Source: an uncultured delta proteobacterium
Lineage (GTDB): Bacteria; Desulfobacterota; Binatia; Bin18
NCBI GenBank assembly: GCA_963733195.1
Contig: CAVTCR010000050.1
Span: 160,001-224,000, forward strand
DNA length: 64,000 nucleotides
Direction of reading: 5' to 3'
The translations under genes were made by a program, and so were the position numbers. Shown here one piece after another: positions 1 to 9,954 of this stretch; position 1 is the first letter of the stretch; each line of letters starts with the position of its first letter. The notes beneath the pieces are model-generated. The model searched no databases and had not been told where the DNA came from. It worked only from the letters and a program-made list of their open reading frames with translations.

Positions 1-77
1 TGCCTATTTCCATTCGCAAACGGCTCCCTGATGGGTCTCATTGCTTTCTCACGCTCGTCGTATATGCGTAACAAATG

Positions 78-96
78 AATGAACAAAATGTTCATT
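78..96. promoter_or_regulatory. Perfect inverted repeat, candidate repressor operator
   Basis: AATGAACA-AAA-TGTTCATT in the intergenic region upstream of the regulator gene. Confidence 0.35.
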
Positions 97-140
97 GCCA
101 CTGAACAATTACTGCGAATACCCCATACCCAGGTAAAAAT

Positions 141-289
141 CCTGAGGAAATTCTAAGGTTTTTCTGAGATTTTTCCGAAACTATGTTGTCAGCGCTAGTC
201 GCTCGTTTCACCCCTCGGTAAACATGCACTCGTTACTGCCACGAGTCAACAAACAAACGGTGACATTGCGGTGATATTACGGTGACAGT
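141..289. promoter_or_regulatory. Two arrays of 11-bp-period direct repeats, candidate winged-helix regulator sites
   Basis: 141-180 CCTGAGGAAAT/TCTAAGGTTTT/TCTGAGATTTT/TCCGAAA; 257-289 ACGGTGACATT/GCGGTGATATT/ACGGTGACAGT. Confidence 0.5.
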
Positions 290-386
290 TTCGTCCGCCT
301 GGTCGCACTAGTCGAACCGCTGGACAGGCAAAACAGAAAGAGGGATACTTCTGAGCCGCAGAAGGTGGCAAAGGAGGGGAACGTTT

Positions 387-3300
387 ATGTCCGCGCCGCT
401 ACTGAGTTTTCCCCCATACTCGCTTGACGTTGAGAATGCCTGTCTCTGGCAAGGAAAAAAGCGCATTGATCTCATGCCGCGAGACTTTGCTGTCCTCCAC
501 CATTTGGCTTCTCATCCCGAACGACTGGTAACTCACGAAGAACTACTCTCAGCTGTCTGGACCGACACCGTTGTGAGCCCAGGCGTGTTGAAAGTTTGCA
601 TTCGTCGTATTCGCCGAATCTTACAGGACGGGGCGGATGCGCCACGGTTTATCGAAACCCGCCATCGGCAGGGGTATCGGTTCATCGCAAAAGTAGTCAG
701 TAGTCAGGCAGAAGAAAAGCCAAAGGCATCAGTAGCTCCCGATACTCAGTTCTCCGCCCTCAGTCCTCCGCACTCTCTTCTAGTAGGCCGGGAAGCAGAA
801 TTTGAGCAGTTACAGGGGAAACTCGAAAAGGCCCTCCACGGCGAACGGCAAATTGTCTTCGTGACTGGAGAACCCGGCATTGGCAAAACCACTCTCATCC
901 GGGCGTTTCTCAGACAAGTTGCAACCCGTAAAGTGGCGGCGATCGGGCGAGGACAATGCGTAGAAACCTATGGAGCCGGGGAAGCTTACCTGCCGATTCT
1001 CGAAGCGCTGGGGCGACTCTGTCGGGCTCCAGAGGGCGAGCCGTTAGTCGAATGGCTCCGGCAACATGCCCCGACGTGGCTCATGCAACTGCCAACGCTG
1101 CTGACCACAAGTGAGGCGGAAGCCTTGCAACAAAAATTGCAGGGGGCCACTCAAGCACGGATGCTACAGGAGATGCTCGCCGCGGTTGAGACTCTAACGC
1201 CCGGACGTCCCCTTGTTTTGAGTATCGAAGACCTGCAGTGGAGCGATTATTCGACGCTTGATCTGCTGGCAATCTTGGCCCGTGGCCACGAGCCCGCTCG
1301 ATTATTGATCATCGGCACGTACCGTCTCGGAGAAATGCTCAGTAATGGCCATCGCTTACGTAAGGTCGTACGTGAATTGTATGCACATCAGCAGGCCAGC
1401 GAAGTGGCTTTGGGTCTCCTTAACGCATCTCACATCGGAGAATATGTACAACAGCGATTTCCTCACAACACGTTTCCCACAACCCTCGCCCCGGTTCTCC
1501 ACCAGCGCACCGAAGGCAACCCGTTGTTTCTGACCAATGTACTGGAGGATTGGGTAAGTCGCGGGGTCCTTATCCATGACGAAGAGAGCTGGAAGCTGCA
1601 AGCAAATTTCGAAGCGGTGGTGAGTGAGATACCCAACACGATTCGTCATCTCATTACGATTCAGAGTGAGCAACTGTTACCAGAGGAGCGTCGTGTCCTG
1701 GAGGTCGCCAGTCTGACTGGTATAGAGTTCTCCTCAGCCGCGGTAGCGGCAGCTCAGCAGACCGATGTCCTGGAAGTGGAAGAGTGGTGTGCAGGGCTAG
1801 CCAGCCGGCAACAATTTCTGCGGCCCGCCGGAGTAAGCCGGTGGCCGGACGGAACAATGGCCGAACGTTATGGATTTCTACATGCCCTGTACCAACAGTT
1901 CTGGCACGAACGAGTGCGTCTTGGACAGCGGCAATGGTATCACCTACGGATTGGCGAGCGACAGGAAGCTGCCTATGGCGAGCGGGCAGGAGAAATCGCG
2001 GCTGAATTAGCGATTCACTTTGAGGAAGGGCGAGATTATCCCCGTGCCGTACGGTATCGCTCGCAAGCCGCCGAGAATGCGATCCAACGCTATGCATCTC
2101 AGGAAGCAGTAGTCCATCTCACAAAAGGATTAGAACTGCTCAATCACCACCCTGACACCCCTGAGCGCATGCAACAGGAATTTGCTCTCCGAGCGACACT
2201 GGGGATTTCACTCCAAACGATTCAAGGTTACGGCAATCCTGTCGTAGAAGCAGCGTACACCCGGGCGCAGGAACTATCTCGGCAGATCGGAGAACCGGCC
2301 CAGCTTTTTCTCGTCTTGTATGGGCTTTGGATGTTTCATGTGTCACGAGCAGAGCACAACACTGCCCGTGACCTTGGGGAACAATTGCTTAGCTTGGCAC
2401 ACAGGGCACACGATAGCGGTCTGCTTATAGAGGCCCACGCAACGATGGGTGTCACTCTCGTATACCTGGGAGAGTTGCAGAGGGCCCGTACTGAACTGGA
2501 AGCTACTCTTACTCTCTACGACCCGCAGCAGCATCGTGGGCTGGCCTTTGTGTATGGACAGGACCCGAGGATTGCCTGTGGAGGGTACTTAAGCCAAGTC
2601 ATGTGGTTATTAGGTTATCCTGACCGCGCCCGACAGCGAAGCGAGGAGACTTTGCGATACGCTCAGGATTTCACCCACCCTATCAGTCAGGCGTACGCGC
2701 TTAACGAATGCGCCCTATTTTATCAACTCGTTCACAACACCTCGGTTGTTCAGCGGTTGGCAGAAGAGTTATTAGCGTTTTCTCAGCAACACAAATTCTC
2801 CTTTTGGGAGTTAGCAGCAGTAAGCCTACAGGCATGGTTGCTTACGGAACAAGGACAGCCGGCGAAATCCATTGCTCAGCTGCGTCAAGGTTCTTCTGTC
2901 CGAAAAGCCACGGGGACTGCCCTAAGATTACCGTATTACCAAGGATGCTTAGCCGAGGCCTACGGGAAGAATAATCAGCCCGAGGAGGGGATAACCCTTG
3001 TAGAGAGAGCTCTCGCAGTGATAGCAAGTACCGGTGAACGGTGGTGGGAAGCAGAGATTTATCGCCTCAAGGGAGCGCTTACGCTTCATCCCGACAGGTT
3101 ACAAACAGTCTCGTCAGTCAGGTCAGTTAAGGCAAGTCCAGTGTCGAAGTCCGAAGTCCCACAGTCCAGGTCCAGTGTAGAGCAGAGTCAGAGGCTGAGG
3201 AATGTTTCTTAAGGCAATCGAGATCGCACGAAGGCAGCAAGCAAAGTCACTGGAGTTGCGAGCGACAATGAGTCTCGTCCGTCTGCGGCAACAGCAAGGG

Positions 3301-3411
3301 AAGAAAAAGAAGGCCCGCGAAATGTTAGCAGCAATTTACGGTTGGTTCACCGAAGGGTTTGACACCAAGGACTTGCAAGAGGCCAAGGGTTTGCTTGAAA
3401 CTTTGGCTTAA
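387..3411 (+). CDS. Winged-helix (OmpR/CadC-type) + AAA ATPase + TPR transcriptional regulator; frameshifted near 3190-3210
   Basis: N-terminal wHTH (FIETRHRQGYRF), Walker A GEPGIGKT, LSIEDLQW, helical repeats. The family C-terminus EAEECF-LKAIEIARRQQAKSLELRA continues in other frames (ORF 3202-3411). Confidence 0.85.
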
Positions 3412-3467
3412 ACAGCAAGTGAGGGCGAGACCTGAAGCAAGTGCGTAACTGTTATTGGCAAACACCC

Positions 3468-3647
3468 TTATAAAGTCTTCAGATACTGGATCAGGTTCTT
3501 CCGTTTCTCCGGCAACAGGTTCGTACCGTACTCATGGCCACCATTTGAGTTTCCCTGCTTAGTCGTATCGAGGCGAGCTGCACCAGCACATTTTTCGTCT
3601 CCAGTGTCGAATCCTACTTTCACAGGGCCGAACTTGCGACTACCAAG
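3468..3647 (-). pseudogene. C-terminal fragment of a RoxA-like / di-heme cytochrome c family protein
   Basis: Manual translation LGSRKFGPVKVGFDTG...LDTTKQGNSNGGHEYGTNLLPEKRKNLIQYLKTL*; the GNSNxGHEYG...LIxYLKTL ending is typical of this family; no start or heme motif present. Confidence 0.7.
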
Positions 3648-3860
3648 GATCCGAACAACTGCTCGCCTTTTTCGTTGACTAGACCTGTAATCGCAGTGGG
3701 GAGCGTAATGCGAGCATTGCCAGGGAAACGAATCAAGATCACGCCACTTGCCGCCCGGGCATTGGCGTAGACCAGTTCGCCAAAGTCCTTGTCCTCGGTC
3801 AGCAGCACGCGGTGCTCAAGCACCGCCAGGTCGATGATTGCCGTGTCCTCGGCGCGCGAG
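3620..3860 (-). pseudogene. DUF5615 / PIN-like protein, 5'-truncated
   Basis: SRAEDTAIIDLAVLEHRVLLTEDKDFGELVY...GVILIRF; the usual N-terminal MRFLADE strand is missing. Confidence 0.75.
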
Positions 3861-3862
3861 GC

Positions 3863-4192
3863 TTTACACCAGTCGTCAGTGTCCCACTCGTCCTAGAATA
3901 CGAAAGTGTCTTGAAAAGAAAAAACTTCCTCCACGAAGTGGGCCTCACCGCAAAGGAGATGGACACGATCGTCGATTATTTTATCTCTCGGGCGTATCTG
4001 CAACCGATCTACTTTCTCTGGCGCTCCTTTCTTCCTAACGCGCACGATTCGCACGTGTTGGAATGTGCGGTGAATGGGAGGGTGGAAACGTTGCTGACCT
4101 TTAACAAAAGACATTTTCCCGCTGTACGGCAACGGTTTGGCATTTCGGTGCTCACACCGGGAGAATTTCTGAAAACGTTTGGAGGTTCCTAA
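3863..4192 (+). pseudogene. PIN-domain (PIN_3-type) toxin, 5'-truncated
   Basis: VVSVPLVLEYESVL...DSHVLECAVNG...LLTFNKRHF...VLTPGEFL; N-terminal VxDTNV motif is absent. Confidence 0.75.
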
Positions 4193-4194
4193 CT

Positions 4195-4491
4195 ATGGCA
4201 AAGCGAACAACGATCCGTCTCATTCCTCCTTTGCAGGAAGATCTCTCAAGACTCGCTGAGGAAATGCAGGTGTCGTACAATCAGTTAGTCAACTACGCTT
4301 TGGCGCAATTTGTCGAAGCCCAAAAGGGTCTGACTATTGTAGAAGCACGGGCCCGTCGAGGATCACGGGCGGCTTTCCTCCACGCACTGAAGAAGGCAGA
4401 CCCGCGGCGCAGGAAGCCCGAAACAGAGGATGCATTACCAGAGGGATACTCACGGCAAGTGTTGATTGCAAAGTTAAAAAGAGCGTCGTAG
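4195..4491 (+). CDS. Probable ribbon-helix-helix antitoxin / DNA-binding protein
   Basis: Small ORF directly after the PIN gene; TTIRL...LSRLAEEMQVSYNQLVNYALAQFV fits RHH/HicB-like antitoxins. Confidence 0.65.
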   Translation: MAKRTTIRLIPPLQEDLSRLAEEMQVSYNQLVNYALAQFVEAQKGLTIVEARARRGSRAAFLHALKKADPRRRKPETEDALPEGYSRQVLIAKLKRAS

Positions 4492-4632
4492 CGGGTGGAG
4501 TCAACGAAGCGTCTTCAGAGTCGTCCTACTTCAGGCTCATGACTATGGCACCGTTACCTCCTCCAAAAGTGCCTTTGCTTCCTTGACAGCTTACGTTGAG
4601 ACGCGATAGGGGGTACGCGACAGGAGGAAACT

Positions 4633-5997
4633 ATGACACAAACCACTGTGTTCAAGAACGCTCGGCTGATTGATGGTCTGAGTGATCAACCACGTAGTAA
4701 CGTATCACTAGTTATCACCGGCGATCGTATTACCACAGTTGAAGCAGGAGCAGTTCTTGCACCTCCAGACGCGCAGGTCGTTGATCTGCAAGGAAAGACG
4801 GTTGTTCCGGGCTTAATCGATACTCATGTGCATTCCACGTTCGTCGGCACTCCCAGTTTGCCGCTGTTTCTTGCTGCTGGTGTCACCAGCGCGCGCGACG
4901 TTGGTGGCAATCTCGAAAAAGTCAAAGGACTCAAAGCTGACCTCAACAGTGGCAAGAAACTTGGTCCGCGGTTGTTTATCTGTGGACCGTTACTCGATGG
5001 CTCGGTCAAGAGTTTTGAGTACCCGTCGTTTGCCGAGATGCTCGATAACATTCCGTCACCTGAAGTGGTGCCACAGAAAATTGGTGCGTTGCTCAACGCC
5101 GGAGTCGATGCGGTAAAGCTCTACTTTACTCTCATGCCGGATACTGCCACAGCGATCATCAAGTTTGTTGACAATCGCGTCCCAGTCACGGGTCATCTTG
5201 GCTATATGCATTCGCTTGACGCTATCAAAGCAGGCATTAACGGCTTGGAGCACGTGTGGATCTCGCCGTACAACGAGTTCTGCGCCCTTGATATGCAGTT
5301 TGGCGTCGGCGCGTCGATGATGAGCGGCAAGTTCTGGAATCAAACGCTCAAAGGCTGGGAAGAGGCTGACCTGCAGAATCCTCGTGCCCGTGAGTGGTTT
5401 GACGCGATGGTCAAACAGCAAGTGAATATGGGCACCACACTTGATCTGCTGTGGATCGCGAGATGTGGAGAAGAAGGCGTCAAGCGCGACCAAGATCGTT
5501 GTTACATTCCTCCGTACGCACTCTCTCGGCAACGGGCGATGGCCTCGCGCATCGGCGAACGTCCAGACTGGGATATTCACCCTGGGTTTTTTGATCCATA
5601 CAAAGGCACCCAAGCACTAGAGAAACATCAACAGGTCACTAGGATGTTGCACGAAGCTGGAGGGCTCGTGGTCGGAGGCACTGACTGCGGTGCGTTAGCG
5701 TATCCACCGCCGGGGTTCGCGCTGCTGCGGGAAATCGAACTGCTGGCTGATGCGATTGGCACCACAGCGGCCCTTAAAGCAGTCACTTCAGTTGCGGCTC
5801 GCTATCTCCGCCAGCAAGACAACATCGGCTCGATCGCCCCTGGGCGCTATGCAGACTTCTTGGTCATCGATGGTGACCCGTTGCGCGATGTACGGGAGCT
5901 GCGTAAGCTCACCACCGTCTACCGTGGCGGGGTGGCGTATGATCCACAAGCGCTTCTCGCCCAGGTACCAAAGTCAGATTTTGTTCCAATATCTTAA
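4633..5997 (+). CDS. Amidohydrolase family protein
   Basis: PGLIDTHVH metal motif, GTD, GSIAPGRYADFLV; AGGAGG RBS. Confidence 0.9.
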   Translation: MTQTTVFKNARLIDGLSDQPRSNVSLVITGDRITTVEAGAVLAPPDAQVVDLQGKTVVPGLIDTHVHSTFVGTPSLPLFLAAGVTSARDVGGNLEKVKGLKADLNSGKKLGPRLFICGPLLDGSVKSFEYPSFAEMLDNIPSPEVVPQKIGALLNAGVDAVKLYFTLMPDTATAIIKFVDNRVPVTGHLGYMHSLDAIKAGINGLEHVWISPYNEFCALDMQFGVGASMMSGKFWNQTLKGWEEADLQNPRAREWFDAMVKQQVNMGTTLDLLWIARCGEEGVKRDQDRCYIPPYALSRQRAMASRIGERPDWDIHPGFFDPYKGTQALEKHQQVTRMLHEAGGLVVGGTDCGALAYPPPGFALLREIELLADAIGTTAALKAVTSVAARYLRQQDNIGSIAPGRYADFLVIDGDPLRDVRELRKLTTVYRGGVAYDPQALLAQVPKSDFVPIS

Positions 5998-6014
5998 TCA
6001 GCGAAGGAGGCACC

Positions 6015-6410
6015 ATGAAGTTTTTACACACTATGATTCGCGTCAACAATCTTGACGAGTCACTGAAGTTCTATTGTGACCAGTTAGGCATGAAGCTCTT
6101 ACGTAAACAGGATTATCCCGGCGGTGAGTTTACCCTTGCGTTTGTTGGTTATGGCGACGAAAAAAATAATACCGTCGTCGAACTGACTCACAACTGGGGA
6201 ACAGCCAGTTACGATCAAGGTAATGCGTTTGGTCATCTCGCACTGGGCGTGGACGACATTTACAAGGTGTGCTCCGACCTCAAGGCCAAAGGCGTTAAAG
6301 TCGTCCGCGAAGCCGGACCGATGAAACATGGCAGTGCGGTGATCGCCTTCATTGAAGACCCGAACGGCTACAAGATTGAGTTGATTGAGCTGAGTGGAGC
6401 GCGCGGGTAA
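6015..6410 (+). CDS. gloA: Lactoylglutathione lyase (glyoxalase I)
   Basis: LHTMIRV, ELTHNW, GNAFGHLA, FIEDPNGYKIELI. Confidence 0.95.
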   Translation: MKFLHTMIRVNNLDESLKFYCDQLGMKLLRKQDYPGGEFTLAFVGYGDEKNNTVVELTHNWGTASYDQGNAFGHLALGVDDIYKVCSDLKAKGVKVVREAGPMKHGSAVIAFIEDPNGYKIELIELSGARG

Positions 6411-6430
6411 GAGCGGCATTCGCTGGGGCA

Positions 6431-6509
6431 TAAGGGAACGGTCAGGGAGAAACGGAGAGAGAACAGATTGCTAGATTTTCTTTCGTTTTCCCATTACCCT
6501 GTCCCCTTA
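6431..6509. repeat. Imperfect intergenic inverted repeat with about 8-nt periodicity
   Basis: TAAGGGAACGGTCAGGGAGAAACGG ... TCGTTTTCCCATTACCCTGTCCCCTTA. Confidence 0.45.
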
Positions 6510-6555
6510 ACAAGCTCATGTCCACATCTACTGTTCATAAAAAGGAGGATAAGTT

Positions 6556-6951
6556 ATGTCCTTAAAAGCAGCCAAAGATTCCATCGATCTCGGTATTTTC
6601 GTTAGTGACATCAAAAAGAGTCTCGCCTTTTACCAAGGCATTCTTGGGCTAGAGAAAACTGAAGAACTCGTAACCGGCTTCGGCACGTTACATCGCTTAA
6701 AATTCGGCACCAGTGACATCAAGTTGATGGACCCTAAGCAGGTGCCACCAGCTGGAGCCATCGGCTTGGAGAAACAACTCGGCATTCGTTACATCACCTT
6801 TGTGATCAAAGGCTTGACCGATCTGTGTAGCGAGCTCAAAGGCAAAGGGGTTGAGTTTACGATTCCTGAAACACAAATCCGTCCTGGTACGCGAATCGCG
6901 ATGGTGAAAGATCCCGATGGCAATATCCTGGAGTTTGTGGAGCGAGGGTAA
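6556..6951 (+). CDS. VOC / glyoxalase family protein
   Basis: VSDIKKSLAFYQGILG and KDPDGNILEFVE. Confidence 0.9.
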   Translation: MSLKAAKDSIDLGIFVSDIKKSLAFYQGILGLEKTEELVTGFGTLHRLKFGTSDIKLMDPKQVPPAGAIGLEKQLGIRYITFVIKGLTDLCSELKGKGVEFTIPETQIRPGTRIAMVKDPDGNILEFVERG

Positions 6952-6957
6952 CAATTT

Positions 6958-6983
6958 GTAGGGGCGCACCGTCGTGTGCCCCT
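6958..6983 (+). repeat. GTAG-type REP-like palindrome between convergent genes
   Basis: GTAGGGGCGCAC-CGTC-GTGTGCCCCT. Confidence 0.6.
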
Positions 6984-6988
6984 GACAC

Positions 6989-8090
6989 TCACTTCCAAAC
7001 CTGGGTCGCTACCTCTACCACCAAGCGCAATTTCTTCTCCTGATCGGCAGGCGTCAGCGGATTTCCAGGTGCGGTGCTGGCAAAACCGCATTGTGGGCTG
7101 AGGGATAGCCGATCGAGCGGAACAACGCGACTTGCTTCATCGATTCTTCGCCGTAACTCATCTATCGACTCTAATGCTGGAGTCTTGGTACTGACAAGTC
7201 CAAGCACAACATGTTTGTCTCGCGGCACATATTTAAGGGGCGTAAAGTTTCCCGCCCGTGGTGAGTCATATTCGAGAAAGAACACGTCGATGGCCAAACG
7301 ACTAAACATCTGTTCAGCCACGAACTCGTACCCGCCCTCCCCTAACCACTTGCCTTGGTTGTTACCGCGACAGAAATGCATGCCAACAGTGAGATTCAGC
7401 GGTTGATTCTGCAAAGACGCATTCACAACATCAATGTACTTGTGCAACATCTCGTCAGGGTTGTATCCACGTGCCTTGAATCCTTCTCGTAGTTTTGCAT
7501 CACACAGTAGAGGGAGCGACACGTCATCAAATTGCACGTAAGTCACTCCGAGTGCAGCAAGCGCTGCGAGCTCTTGCTGGTAGACTCGTGCAACATCAGC
7601 ATAGAACTCATTTACATCTGGATACGCTTTTTCAGAAACACCTTCACGCCAACGAAAGTAGTGTTGCGAACATGGGCTTGGTAACGTGGCTTTTACCGTG
7701 CGCTTTGTCAGCGTCTTAATGAAAACGCACTCCTCGGTCGCTATGCCACGGATACGCCGCAGTTTTCCCGTCACCACTGGGGTCAGATACTTCATCTTCT
7801 GACCTTGCTGGTCCTGGAATGACAATTCGGCTTCCATCTCGGTAAACCCACTCACAGCAGCCGGGAAAGTGGCCGAAATAATACAAGCGGCGATATTCAC
7901 CATCAGTGATCGACTGCAAGCCCACCGATTCTTGCAACGCCACTGCCTGGCAAATCCACCGATCTTCTTCCGCGCGGAGCGCTTCAACAGCGAGCTTGCC
8001 TTCGTCAAACGCACGGCGTGCCGCGAGCAGCTCTGGTGGACGCAACAAGCTGCCAATGTGTTCGGCACGAAACGGTGGGGGCACGTTCAT
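6989..8090 (-). CDS. Cobalamin-independent methionine synthase II family (MetE C-terminal-like); frameshift near 7860
   Basis: N-part PPFRAEHIGSLLRP...ITDGEYRR (ORF 7716-8090); C-part HFCRGN, FLEYD, LSPQCGFAS (ORF 6989-8068). Confidence 0.88.
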
Positions 8091-8099
8091 AATTCTTCT

Positions 8100-8507
8100 C
8101 TACGACAGCAACGCCTTGTTCTTCGTCAAGAAAATAGCGGCTCCAAGCGACACCCCGATAGCAATCAAAGAGTACATAATACCGAAGATTATGTAACTGC
8201 CTCCCGGTGGCCTCGGGTTTTTAACGTTGAATAGAATCAGGTTAAGCACAACGTAGGTCGCATAGGCGTGGCCCATCGGCAGAGCAAACCGTTTCCTTTG
8301 CCAGATGCCAAAAGCATACAGCGCGAGGAACAAGCCAAAGATAGGACCAACGATGGTGTTTGCCATCCCTGATAATCGATCACCTAGGAATACGAAGCCA
8401 GTCTCCTCACTGCCAAGGCGGAAAGGTTTTAAGAGGTTCGATATCGCTAACAGGCTAAAAAGGACCGTAAAGATCGTGAACAGCCGATGAGGGTGTTGTT
8501 CTGCCAT
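8100..8507 (-). CDS. Hypothetical membrane protein (about 4 TM)
   Basis: Hydrophobic ORF co-oriented with neighbours, RBS present. Confidence 0.7.
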   Translation of the reverse strand: MAEQHPHRLFTIFTVLFSLLAISNLLKPFRLGSEETGFVFLGDRLSGMANTIVGPIFGLFLALYAFGIWQRKRFALPMGHAYATYVVLNLILFNVKNPRPPGGSYIIFGIMYSLIAIGVSLGAAIFLTKNKALLS

Positions 8508-8529
8508 TGTCTCACTCGTTCCTCAACGC

Positions 8530-9840
8530 TTACTGCCCAAGAAAGCGCATAACCTCAATATCGTTGACATCAAAAGTATCCGTGTGTCCGACCACCACGA
8601 TCTTCATGTCAGCTTGCATCGCTAAGGCATTGGCTTGATTCTCACCAAAAGGACCGACTATACTTACGCCGTCACCGTCGAACGTTATGTCTAACATTCC
8701 GTTACTATTCAAGCGCATCACAAGAAAGTCATTCAAACCAAACCTGTCGGTGTGACCGCCAACCACAACCTTTCCATCTGCCTGCAGGGCAATGGCTTGC
8801 CCCTGGTCGTTTCCATTTTGCTGAACGACCACAATTCCTCCTGTCGGTAGTGGCGTGCCGATTGGATTGAACGTGAGATCAACACTACCATCGGCGTTCA
8901 GTCTCACAACCTGAATGTCATAGTTCCCAAATCTATTCGTCTGACCAGCAATGAGAATCTTGCCATCAGCTTGAAGAGTAGCAGCTTGGACTTGATCATC
9001 TCCAGATTGACTGATGACTTGAATGCCGCCACTCACACGTCCGCCCAAGATGCTCGTGTTAAACGTCGTATCAAGTCCACCATTGACATTGAATCGTAAA
9101 ACCTGGACATCGTTTGAACCCAGCGCATCCGTGTATCCCGCCACAACGATCTTTCCGTCACCTTGAAGCGCGACTGCACATGCACGGTCATCACCGGTGC
9201 GGCTGACAATTTGGCTTCCGCCGTTATTAAATGTTGGATCGAGGCTGCCGTTGGCATTCAATCGTAAGACCAGCACATCATTCGAACCAAACACCGTCGA
9301 GGTACCAGTTACAATAATTTTTCCGTCACTCTGAATGGCAACGGCTTTCGCGCGCTCATCCCCACTGCGATTGATAATCTGCACCCCACCGCTCGGACGC
9401 CCGCCTAAATTGCTGAAGTTAAACGTCGTGTCGAGACTCCCGTCAGCGTTAAATCGCATCACCAATATGTCATTCGTGCCAAATATATTAGTATAGCCAG
9501 TCACGACGATTTTGCCGTCACTTTGCAACGCCACTGCCAATCCACGGTCATCTCCGGTCCTACTCACAATTCGTGCTTGGCCACCGTTAAACGTCCCATC
9601 AAAGCTGCCATTACTGTTCAATCGCACGAGTGTGACATCATTAGAGCCAAAGGTGTTGGTGTATCCAGCAATGACAATCTTGCCATCTGTTGGTTGGATC
9701 ACTACCGCTTGTCCACGGTTATCCCCGGATTGAGCGATAATACGAATCCCATCGTTATCGAATGATGAATCCAGGACTCCAGCCGCGGCAAAGACTGCAC
9801 CCACACCACAGCCCAAAAGGGCGATTAAAACAACAAGCAA
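8530..9840 (-). CDS. Secreted delta-60 repeat (DUF5122-like beta-propeller) protein
   Basis: Signal peptide then about 7 repeats of AVALQ.DGKIVV.G.T...G.ND..V.R.N.DGSLD.TF; start uncertain. Confidence 0.85.
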   Translation of the reverse strand: MLVVLIALLGCGVGAVFAAAGVLDSSFDNDGIRIIAQSGDNRGQAVVIQPTDGKIVIAGYTNTFGSNDVTLVRLNSNGSFDGTFNGGQARIVSRTGDDRGLAVALQSDGKIVVTGYTNIFGTNDILVMRFNADGSLDTTFNFSNLGGRPSGGVQIINRSGDERAKAVAIQSDGKIIVTGTSTVFGSNDVLVLRLNANGSLDPTFNNGGSQIVSRTGDDRACAVALQGDGKIVVAGYTDALGSNDVQVLRFNVNGGLDTTFNTSILGGRVSGGIQVISQSGDDQVQAATLQADGKILIAGQTNRFGNYDIQVVRLNADGSVDLTFNPIGTPLPTGGIVVVQQNGNDQGQAIALQADGKVVVGGHTDRFGLNDFLVMRLNSNGMLDITFDGDGVSIVGPFGENQANALAMQADMKIVVVGHTDTFDVNDIEVMRFLGQ

Positions 9841-9954
9841 ACTACCAACGCAGCGTTGCCACCGAGTATCATGTAGTGACAGCTGCCGCAGAAGGATTCA
9901 TAGTTCCTCCTCATTCGGTCGTCGTTGCAGGGAACGGAAAGCTTACCTTTTCTG

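Noticed and set aside
1-41. Possible start of a divergent gene on the minus strand
   Set aside because: Only about 13 codons visible; cannot be supported
8530-9840. Internal DNA repeats in the delta-60 gene as a separate repeat element
   Set aside because: Fully explained by beta-propeller protein repeats
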